Origin: Candidatus Aenigmatarchaeota archaeon
GTDB lineage: Archaea; Aenigmatarchaeota; Aenigmatarchaeia; QMZP01; QMZT01
Direction: 5' to 3'
DNA length: 64,000 nucleotides
NCBI GenBank assembly: GCA_041489155.1
Contig: JBGPQP010000001.1
Coordinates: forward strand, 32,001-96,000
Shown here: one piece after another, positions 36,798 to 44,693 of the stretch
Numbering within the stretch: the first letter of the stretch is position 1
How the letters are laid out: each line of letters opens with the position of its first letter
Notes under the pieces: generated by a model
What the model was told of the DNA's origin: nothing
What the model saw: only the letters and a program-made list of their open reading frames with translations
The model's database searches: none
Made by a program: the position numbers and the translations under genes

Positions 36798-38084
36798 TCA
36801 TTCTATATCTTCTTTTGACAGGATGTTAACTGGAGATTTTAAGTTTTCCTTTTCCATTCCAACCAAGAACTTCACGGATTTCCTTCTGGCTATCATGTCA
36901 AGTTTGTAGTCAACCCTGCCGTCGAATATGACTGCGTACGGGTTGTCAAGCGTTTTCAGCGTATTCTGTAATTCTTTGGTTGGAACCTTACCCAGAATGT
37001 TGAAAAAAGAATCGAAAATGCATGCGGCTCTGGTTCCTATAAGTTCGTCAAGTGTTTTCTTGAATATCTTTTTCTGTTCATCGGTTATCGTTGTTCTCTT
37101 GGGAAGAGGTTGCTGCTGTTTAAAATCCTTATCTCTCTGGACGAATTCGTTCATTGGTCTTTCTGTCGATGGCGGCCTCTCAAAGGGTTTCTCAATTGGT
37201 CTTTCAATGGGCCTTTCTATGGGTCTTTCTCTTCTTTCATTGTTGTTCTGCCTATCGATCTTGCCTTCGAGTTTAAATTGTGATGCCGATATCTTGTCCC
37301 TCAATGCCTTGAAAACCTCTTTTTTGGTGAGCTCTTCTACCTCTTTGCCTTCTGGAGCAATGGCAACAAAATCAAGGTCTGTCGTTTCCATCAGGCTTTT
37401 CAAGTTCAAAAAGCCGCCCCTGTCACCATCAAAAAATGCAGTGGTTGTTTTTTGTTTTGAAAGGTTGATTATTGTTTGTGGTATCGAGCTGCCTTCTATG
37501 GCTATTACGTTCTTGATTCCGTATCTAATCATATTTATTACGTCTGCCCTTCCTTCAACTATTATTATTTCTTCCGACTCTAGAACACCTGGGCCGCAAG
37601 GCAAACCCTGATAGCTGGTTATTTCATAGGTCTTTATCTCCTGTCTTATCTCTTCCGCTATCTTGGTTGTGTCCGGTATGCCTTTCTCAAGAAGTTCTCT
37701 CAATATCGATTTTGCCTTTTCTATGACGAATTTTCTCTTTAATTCCCTAGTGTCCTCGACTGATTTCAGTATTATCTTTGCGATGCAGGGTCCGACCCTC
37801 TCTATAGTTTCCAAAGTAGCGGCTATTAGAGCAGTTTCTGCTGAGTCGAGAGAAGACGGAATTATGACCTCTCCGTGAGATTTACCTCTTTCGGAATTTA
37901 TGTTAACCTCGATTCTTCCAATTCTTCCAGTTCTTTGCAGTTCCCTGAGATCGAGATCAGAACCAAGCAGCCCTTCTGTTTGTCCGAATATTGCTCCTAT
38001 AACATCAGGTTTTTCTATTACTCCCTGAGCGTCTATTTCTGCCCTTACAACGTATTTTATCGACGTTGGCGCGAGTTTTGACAT
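36798..38084 (-). CDS. dnaG: Archaeal DnaG (primase-like, exosome-associated)
   Basis: EKPDVIGAIFGQTEGLLG..LDLRELQRTGRIGRI, IIVEGRADV, DGDRGG; GGAGG SD before MSKLAP. Confidence 0.96.
   Translation of the reverse strand: MSKLAPTSIKYVVRAEIDAQGVIEKPDVIGAIFGQTEGLLGSDLDLRELQRTGRIGRIEVNINSERGKSHGEVIIPSSLDSAETALIAATLETIERVGPCIAKIILKSVEDTRELKRKFVIEKAKSILRELLEKGIPDTTKIAEEIRQEIKTYEITSYQGLPCGPGVLESEEIIIVEGRADVINMIRYGIKNVIAIEGSSIPQTIINLSKQKTTTAFFDGDRGGFLNLKSLMETTDLDFVAIAPEGKEVEELTKKEVFKALRDKISASQFKLEGKIDRQNNNERRERPIERPIERPIEKPFERPPSTERPMNEFVQRDKDFKQQQPLPKRTTITDEQKKIFKKTLDELIGTRAACIFDSFFNILGKVPTKELQNTLKTLDNPYAVIFDGRVDYKLDMIARRKSVKFLVGMEKENLKSPVNILSKEDIE
37160..37235 (-). repeat. Degenerate 12-nt coding tandem repeat (ERP[I/F]) in the dnaG linker
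   Basis: Protein RERPIERPIERPIEKPFERPPSTERP. Confidence 0.7.
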
Positions 38085-38463
38085 GAACATCCTCCTCCAA
38101 TGAAAGAGAATCCGGGCTATTCAGAGCTCCGAAATCCTCAATTTTATTTTTTCCCAAAGTCATTACCTTCCACCTTAATTCCGAATTTGGACTTTTTCCT
38201 TGCCTTTGAAGCAGGTATTTCAATTTTTTTGCAATCTCCCTGCCTTTTGTGTCGAAATCGGTCAGTATGACTACCTGTTTTTTCGCACTTAATGCGACCT
38301 CGGCCACCTCATAAAGCGGCCTGCCGTTGATCGCAATAATATCTTTCAGGCCGAGGGTTTTTAAAGCTTTTTTGTCCATTTTCCCCTCGACTATGATCAG
38401 TTTGTCCTCCAAGCCCCTTATAACCTCATCGAGTTGCTCTTCATCGATTTGTTTGTTTTTCAT
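38005..38463 (-). CDS. Small TOPRIM domain protein
   Basis: IIVEGKMDKKAL, VILTDFDTKGREI; 3' end overlaps the dnaG start by about 80 nt. Confidence 0.88.
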   Translation of the reverse strand: MKNKQIDEEQLDEVIRGLEDKLIIVEGKMDKKALKTLGLKDIIAINGRPLYEVAEVALSAKKQVVILTDFDTKGREIAKKLKYLLQRQGKSPNSELRWKVMTLGKNKIEDFGALNSPDSLSLEEDVHVKTRANVDKIRCKGRNRRSGSNRKT

Positions 38464-39290
38464 ATCAATGCGTCCACTATGTCTCTTTTAGTTACAATGC
38501 CAATAAGCTCTTCTTCATCAGTGACTGGCAAGCCACCTATATGCATGCTTTTCATGAGGTTTATTACTGAAAACAAGTCAGCATTGAACTGGATTGTGAC
38601 CAGATCCTTGTTCATAATTTTTTCTATCTTCGTCTTATCCGTGACTAGAGTATTCAAACTCTTGTTTTTATATAAATGCTTCAGTATATCGATCGGTGTC
38701 ACAACACCAAGCAGTATGTTGTCTTCCACGACTGGCAGCCTCCTAAAACCACCCCTGCACATCATTTTTGCGACATCGTGTATATTGTTGTCTTTCCGTA
38801 TGAATATTGGCCTTTCCACCATTATTTCGCTTACCTCTATGCCCACTGGTCTGTTTATTAGTTTGACTAAATCCAATTCGGAGACCACCGATATTATCTT
38901 TTTGGAATCAACTATTGGATAAAGACCACTTCTTTCCATCTTGAAAATTTCAAGCGCTCTGCCTATACTGGTCATGTAATGTATGGTTCTAACGTGTGTT
39001 GTCATGAATTTTTCGACTTTAAGTTCTATGTTTTCCCTGTTTCTCTTGAAAATCTCGTGTTTTTCGCCGCCACCGAGCAATTCCAACAGATCAATTGTTG
39101 TAACCATGCCCTTCAGAGATTCCGAATGATCGACTACTGGTATTTTTCTTACCCCTTCCGAGAACATGAGCCTCAAAACATCCAAAAGTTTTGTTTTTTC
39201 ATCAGAAAACACCAATCTTCTTGATGATATCTCTGTTACTGTCTTTTTTGTGTCCACAAAGGCTCCGAGAACAACTTTTCTGTTAAGCAT
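38460..39290 (-). CDS. Four-CBS-domain protein
   Basis: GVRKIPVVD, GGFRRLPVV, HIGGLPV; start reassigned to MLNRKVV. Confidence 0.88.
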   Translation of the reverse strand: MLNRKVVLGAFVDTKKTVTEISSRRLVFSDEKTKLLDVLRLMFSEGVRKIPVVDHSESLKGMVTTIDLLELLGGGEKHEIFKRNRENIELKVEKFMTTHVRTIHYMTSIGRALEIFKMERSGLYPIVDSKKIISVVSELDLVKLINRPVGIEVSEIMVERPIFIRKDNNIHDVAKMMCRGGFRRLPVVEDNILLGVVTPIDILKHLYKNKSLNTLVTDKTKIEKIMNKDLVTIQFNADLFSVINLMKSMHIGGLPVTDEEELIGIVTKRDIVDALI

Positions 39291-39339
39291 AACAATCCAT
39301 GAACATTTTATTTTAATTGGAATGAAATAAAAAATTATC

Positions 39340-40440
39340 ATGCCGAATTTTAAAGGAGCGCTGAAAACAAAGCTACCAAAAAAATTAGAGGACAGGGTAT
39401 CTCTGCTGTTTATAATCATTACGCTGCTTTTGGCTTTTTTTCTTACGTTTTCCATTTCATTTATAGTAGGTAAACCGATTGGCACAGATTTCTGGTTTCA
39501 CCTTAAAATAGCAGAATCTTACGCGAGAGGCGAGAACGCGCTCTTCAATGAAGAATTCATGGCCCCCAACAGAGGTCCATATCCACCGCTTTTTCACCTG
39601 ATGCTGGCATTGTTTGTTACTTCGGGTTTTATTTTGCAGATAGCAACTTTTCTGCAGGTAATGTTTTATCCTTTGGCTTTGTTCACATCTGTTTTTCTGG
39701 TTTGGAAAAGGATTAATGCGTCTTCAGCGTCTTTTGTTTCTATTGCCCTCTTTTCATCGGTCGCCTTCTTTGACAGATCTATGCAAGTAATTCCTCAGGC
39801 CTTCGACATGATACTCTTTCCGCTTGCAATTTATTTTTTTCTCACAAAGAGACGGATATTCTTCCTGATTTCTATGTCGATAATGATATATTCACACGGT
39901 GCGTTTGGTTTTCTCCTATTTAGTTCTCTCGTCTTATACAATTTAAAATACAAAGTTTCAAAGAAAATGATAATAGATGTTCTTGTTGCAACTATTCCAA
40001 TACTGGTATTAATACTTGTTTTTCTTCCATCACAAATCGGTTTGATCAATGACATAAAAAATCCGCAGGAAAAACTTATCAAGGAAAATCCAATATCTTT
40101 ATTTGTTTATATGGGTATTTTTCCCACATCAACATTCATAGTTTCATTGATGCATTTTTTTCATAAAAAGAGGAAATTAAGTAAAACGGAAATAATGTCA
40201 CTTTTGTGGTTAATAGTATTACTGCCGGTGATAGTTTTTTACCCAGACAGATTTTGTACCTATGCAGTCGTTCCCGTGTCAATCTTGGCTTCAAAATTTT
40301 TGTCAGATATTTCTTTTGCTCATGGTAGATGGTTGGGTCTCTTATTACTCGTATTTTCATTTGCAATATCATTGATTACATATTTGAACTGGTGGCAGGT
40401 TTTATATGAAACTTCTTCTGTGAGTTTTGATATTCATTAA
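39340..40440 (+). CDS. Polytopic membrane protein, GT-C-like glycosyltransferase
   Basis: First external loop GTDFWFH, YPPLFH, about 10 TM helices. Confidence 0.6.
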   Translation: MPNFKGALKTKLPKKLEDRVSLLFIIITLLLAFFLTFSISFIVGKPIGTDFWFHLKIAESYARGENALFNEEFMAPNRGPYPPLFHLMLALFVTSGFILQIATFLQVMFYPLALFTSVFLVWKRINASSASFVSIALFSSVAFFDRSMQVIPQAFDMILFPLAIYFFLTKRRIFFLISMSIMIYSHGAFGFLLFSSLVLYNLKYKVSKKMIIDVLVATIPILVLILVFLPSQIGLINDIKNPQEKLIKENPISLFVYMGIFPTSTFIVSLMHFFHKKRKLSKTEIMSLLWLIVLLPVIVFYPDRFCTYAVVPVSILASKFLSDISFAHGRWLGLLLLVFSFAISLITYLNWWQVLYETSSVSFDIH

Positions 40441-40462
40441 TAAGAATGGATAAATTATAACT

Positions 40463-41842
40463 ATGAAAAATGTACTTGAAAAGGTTCTTAAAAAAATAGT
40501 GCCAAGCAAGAATGAGATAGAAGAATTTTCTAGAATACTGAAAGACGTTCTGCATGCCGCCGACATGGTTTTGAAGCCTCTGAAGCTTGAAAAAACAATC
40601 GCCGGTTCATTCATACGTGATACGTGGCTTGCTGACAAGCGTGAGCTGGATCTTTTCATAATGTTTCCTGTTTCATATTCGCGCGAAAGACTTGAGAAGG
40701 TTGGCATAAAGATTGGCAAAAAAATCATGAAAAAACTAAATGGCAGATACGAGATAGCCTATGCTGAACATCCGTATGTTAAGGGGTGGTTCAGAGGCTT
40801 CATGTTAGATATAGTTCCATGTTATAAAGTCGAATCAGCTTCAAAAATAAAATCTGCTGTCGATAGAACGCCTTTCCATAACAAATACATTATTGAAAAT
40901 CTGAAACCGAAAATGGCAAACGAGGTCCGTCTTCTTAAACAATTCTGCAAGGCGATGGGGGTTTATGGCTCTGACGTAAGAACCCAGGGATTTTCGGGTT
41001 ACCTATGCGAACTGCTGATAATAAAATACAAAACTTTCAAAAATTTGTTGATTGAAGCTAAAAAATGGGAATTCGGCATTTTTATAGATTTGGAGAACCA
41101 CTGCAAATTCGACTATCCTACCGAACAATTTAAAGGCCAGCCATTGATTGTTATAGACCCAACAGACCCAAAAAGAAATGTTGCTGCTGCCCTCTCAGAC
41201 GATAATTTCATGAAATTCATTGAAACCTCTGGGGAGTTTATTAAAAACCCATCTACAAAGTTTTTCGAAATAGACAAGACTGCACTTAAAGGAATTCTGT
41301 TAAAAAAATATTTGAAAAAAAGAGGTACGGAGTTTTTTGTGATAGAGTTCAAAAGACCGGAAATTGTTGATGATATATTATGGTCCCAGATGAGGAAAAC
41401 TTCAGTTAGAATGGCCAATCTTTTGGGAGAAAACGAATTCGAAATTTTCAAAAAAGAGGTATGGAGTGATGAAAAACGTTCTTATCTATTATTCGAGATG
41501 AAGGTGTGGAAACTGCCAGAAATAAGAAAGGTTATGGGGCCACCCGTCGGTTCGCAGAAACACGCAGATGAATTTAAAAAGAAATATGCAAGTAGTGCTT
41601 ACATAGAAGGAGATAGATGGGCAGCCGAAGTTAAGAGAAAAAACAGGGACTGCGCTTTACTTTTTAAAAAATTCCTAAAAAAACCTAGTAAAAAATTGCA
41701 GAACGAAGGGGTAAGATCTTATATTGCAAAGAGCATTTCTAACGGTTTTAAAATTCTTGGAAGCAAAAAAATTGAAGAGTTGATTGCAAAAAATAAAGAT
41801 TTTGCTGTTTTTCTCAAAAAATATTTTGAGAGGAAATTATGA
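40463..41842 (+). CDS. cca: CCA-adding enzyme (archaeal class I)
   Basis: AGSFIRDTWL..ELDLF, YAEHPYV, DIVPCY, SAVDRTPFH, GFSGYLCELL. Confidence 0.97.
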   Translation: MKNVLEKVLKKIVPSKNEIEEFSRILKDVLHAADMVLKPLKLEKTIAGSFIRDTWLADKRELDLFIMFPVSYSRERLEKVGIKIGKKIMKKLNGRYEIAYAEHPYVKGWFRGFMLDIVPCYKVESASKIKSAVDRTPFHNKYIIENLKPKMANEVRLLKQFCKAMGVYGSDVRTQGFSGYLCELLIIKYKTFKNLLIEAKKWEFGIFIDLENHCKFDYPTEQFKGQPLIVIDPTDPKRNVAAALSDDNFMKFIETSGEFIKNPSTKFFEIDKTALKGILLKKYLKKRGTEFFVIEFKRPEIVDDILWSQMRKTSVRMANLLGENEFEIFKKEVWSDEKRSYLLFEMKVWKLPEIRKVMGPPVGSQKHADEFKKKYASSAYIEGDRWAAEVKRKNRDCALLFKKFLKKPSKKLQNEGVRSYIAKSISNGFKILGSKKIEELIAKNKDFAVFLKKYFERKL

Positions 41843-42306
41843 ATATTCTGTTTCATTTTCTCTTGAATTATCTTTTCGTTGATTTGTTTTTTGGAAATGC
41901 CTGGAATTACTTAATTGCCATATTTGTCTTTTCCGTGCTGATTGATATCACCCATTTGCCATATCTTTTCAAGTTCGGAAAGAACGTCGTTAAAAAAAGA
42001 TTCGGCTCGGAGGCGAGAACGAGATTTCATGAAATATATGGCTTGACTCTGTTTTCAGCGATTGGCTGCCTGCTTTATTTCTTCTTTGATCAGATGATAG
42101 TGGAAATGGCCGTATTGTGCGTGATCCTGCATTTTGCAGTGGATTTCGTGGCAGGAAAATCCATGCCTTTTTACCCATACTCCAGAACCGAGATTTTTCT
42201 TGGCGTATCACCTTATGGGTACAGAAACAAGATAATTTTTGAAATTGTTTCTACTGTTTTGGTGGGGGTGTTATTCTGGTTCAATACAGCAAGCCTTCTT
42301 TTATGA
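41839..42306 (+). CDS. Membrane-bound metal-dependent hydrolase (YdjM/DUF457-like)
   Basis: H..., LIDITH, RTRFHE, LHFAVD motifs with TMs. Confidence 0.7.
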   Translation: MNILFHFLLNYLFVDLFFGNAWNYLIAIFVFSVLIDITHLPYLFKFGKNVVKKRFGSEARTRFHEIYGLTLFSAIGCLLYFFFDQMIVEMAVLCVILHFAVDFVAGKSMPFYPYSRTEIFLGVSPYGYRNKIIFEIVSTVLVGVLFWFNTASLLL

Positions 42307-42731
42307 AAAAAATGCGAAACTACACGGACAAAATTGGTTTGAAGCTACCATTGCCAGATGTGAATCCCAATATGCTTTCAGGGCTGTCCGTAATAACTTC
42401 TTTTATTTTTCTCTTGACAATAAAATTCTCGTTTATACTTTCTCTGGTGATTTTACTAACAACGCTTTTGCTCGACTGGTTTGACGGCATAGTTGCAAGA
42501 AAATTCGGCCATGCCTCCGAGGGGGGACATATAGTTGATGTTGCGAGCGACAGGTTCTCTGAGGGGCTGTTTTTTGTGGCTCCAGCTTTCTTTTTTCCAT
42601 GGTTCTACTTGTTCACCCTTAACTGTGCACTTTCGCTTCTCTCTATAAAGAGGAAAAGGCATGTGATACTCCCCCTGAGGCACGTTTTTTTCGTGTTTTG
42701 CGTGTTTATTCTGCTCTTTGGCGGTAGGTGA
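42303..42731 (+). CDS. CDP-alcohol phosphatidyltransferase family protein
   Basis: PNMLS; DWFDGIVARKFGHASEGGHIVDVASDR (complete family signature). Confidence 0.9.
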   Translation: MKKMRNYTDKIGLKLPLPDVNPNMLSGLSVITSFIFLLTIKFSFILSLVILLTTLLLDWFDGIVARKFGHASEGGHIVDVASDRFSEGLFFVAPAFFFPWFYLFTLNCALSLLSIKRKRHVILPLRHVFFVFCVFILLFGGR

Positions 42732-42802
42732 ATATTTAAATACCTTATCTGACAAGAATAAAGAATTACAGCCGTGTACTGCGTAAGCAGGAGGTTGCCA
42801 TA

Positions 42803-43435
42803 ATGGAAGAATTTTTGAAGGAAATAAAGGAAGCCAAAGAAAAGGCAAAAAAAAGGAAATTTGTCCAAACTTGGGACCTAATTATCAACCTAAAGAATCT
42901 AGACCTGAAAAAACCGGAGAACAAGCTTAACCTCGAATTCGCTCTACCAGAAGGTAAGGGCAAAGAATCGAAATTCTTGTTCATAGCCGACATGCTTCTC
43001 TCCGAAGCAAATAAGACCGGAGGCATGGTCATAGTTAAGAACGATCTTGAGACTTTGGGGAGAGACAAGAAAAGATTGAAAAAATTCGCTGACGAATACG
43101 AATGGTGGTTTTGCGAGGCGCCACTTATGCCTATTGTGGGCAAAACGCTCGGTGTGGTGCTGGGTCCACGCGGCAAGATGCCAAAGCCCATTCCACCGAA
43201 GGGAAGTTTACAGCCCTTCGTAGAAATGTCCAAAAGAATGATTAAAATAAGAATCAAGGATTCGCCGGTAATTCACGTCGCAATTGGAAGGGAGGACATG
43301 AAAGAGGAGCAAATAATGAAGAATGCAATTGCCGTCATGAACTTCGTAAAGGAAAAGCTTCCAAAGGGTAATATGAACATAAAGAATGCTTATGTTAAAT
43401 TAACGATGGGACCGCCGATTAAACTCAAGGTGTAA
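42803..43435 (+). CDS. rpl1: 50S ribosomal protein uL1
   Basis: RKFVQTWDLIINLK, LGPRGKMPKP, VKLTMG. Confidence 0.97.
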   Translation: MEEFLKEIKEAKEKAKKRKFVQTWDLIINLKNLDLKKPENKLNLEFALPEGKGKESKFLFIADMLLSEANKTGGMVIVKNDLETLGRDKKRLKKFADEYEWWFCEAPLMPIVGKTLGVVLGPRGKMPKPIPPKGSLQPFVEMSKRMIKIRIKDSPVIHVAIGREDMKEEQIMKNAIAVMNFVKEKLPKGNMNIKNAYVKLTMGPPIKLKV

Positions 43436-43437
43436 AT

Positions 43438-44262
43438 ATGGTTTCGGAAATTAAAAAACAAGCCGTCAAGCAACTGAGCAAAGAAATGAAAGAGTACTCG
43501 GTAATAGGATTGCTGGACATGCACAAGTTGCCCGCCAAGCAGCTTCAGGAATTGAGGGACAGCCTTAGGGGGAAGGCTACAATAAAGGTCACGAAGAAAA
43601 ATGTGATCAAACTTGCGATAGAAAATTCAGGCATAGGTGGACTTGGCAAGCTTGAAGACTTGATGAAAAGCCAGCCTGCCTTGTTACTTAGCAATGTTGA
43701 TCCATTCGAGCTTGCAAGAATCATAGAATCATCCAAATCTTCGGCCCCTGCGAAACCGGGTGACATCGCCAACAAAAAAATAATGATTCCGGCAGGTCCG
43801 ACTAGCCTTAAACCAGGACCGGTAATAGGCGAATTACAGAGGGTGAAATTACCAGCAGGCGTTGAGGGGGATAAAATAGTGATAAAAAAAGACACTGTGA
43901 TTGTGAAGGAAGGGGAAACGATAACAAAGCCAGTTGCTGATGTGCTGATGAAACTCGGTGTCGAGCCAGTGGAAATATCGCTCAATCTCCTTGCAGCATA
44001 CGACAGAGGGATGATATACAATAAAGAACTGCTGTTCATACCGAGGGAGAAATACGTAAATGATGTCGTGAATGCTTACAGAAATGCACTGGGTCTAGCC
44101 TTGGGTATTGGGCTTTCAACACCCGAAACGTTGCCGATATTAATAACAAAAGCACAGAGGGAGGCGATGAGCATCGCATCGAAAGTTAATTTGCCGAGCG
44201 AGTCGCCTATTATGGCAGAAGAAGCTGATGTTAATAAAAAACCAGAGGAGGAGTCAGAATGA
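43438..44262 (+). CDS. rpl10: 50S ribosomal protein uL10 (P0)
   Basis: LPAKQLQELR, APAKPGDIA, PAGPTSLKPGP. Confidence 0.96.
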   Translation: MVSEIKKQAVKQLSKEMKEYSVIGLLDMHKLPAKQLQELRDSLRGKATIKVTKKNVIKLAIENSGIGGLGKLEDLMKSQPALLLSNVDPFELARIIESSKSSAPAKPGDIANKKIMIPAGPTSLKPGPVIGELQRVKLPAGVEGDKIVIKKDTVIVKEGETITKPVADVLMKLGVEPVEISLNLLAAYDRGMIYNKELLFIPREKYVNDVVNAYRNALGLALGIGLSTPETLPILITKAQREAMSIASKVNLPSESPIMAEEADVNKKPEEESE

Positions 44263-44561
44263 AAATGATATATGCAGCCTTGCTCCTTCACTCTCTTGGA
44301 AAGGAAGTCGACGAAACTGGCATAAAGCATGTGATGGAAGCAGCAGGTGCCAGCGTCGATCACGCAGAGCTTAAGGCGCTAGTGTCGAACCTGAAGAGCG
44401 TGAACATAGACGAAGCGATAAAAAACGCATCGCTCATGCAGGCAGCACCGGTAGCATCTGAAAAACCAGCAGAGGAGAAGGCTGAAGGCAAAAAAGAAGA
44501 AAAGGCAGATGAAGAGAAAGCAGAAGAAGCTGCAGCGGGGCTTAGCGCGCTTTTTGGTTAA
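44259..44561 (+). CDS. rpl12: 50S ribosomal stalk protein P1 (L12)
   Basis: YAALLLH...EEAAAGLSALFG. Confidence 0.97.
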   Translation: MKMIYAALLLHSLGKEVDETGIKHVMEAAGASVDHAELKALVSNLKSVNIDEAIKNASLMQAAPVASEKPAEEKAEGKKEEKADEEKAEEAAAGLSALFG

Positions 44562-44693
44562 TTCATTTTGATCTCTTAGGAAAAGCGCGGCCCTTTCCTA
44601 ATTCTGAAAATGTTAAAAGGTTTGCAGAAGGAATATTGCATGTGGGTCGGAATTCCACGTTAATTTAAGCAGTCGATTAGAAAATAATAAATT

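Noticed and set aside
38005..38090. Programmed frameshift fusing the TOPRIM protein to DnaG
   Set aside because: dnaG has its own GGAGG SD and ATG, and no slippery heptamer is evident; a simple overlap is more likely.
39291..39485. N-terminal extension of the CBS ORF to 39485
   Set aside because: It overlaps the divergent membrane gene and lacks CBS character; the start at 39290 is preferred.
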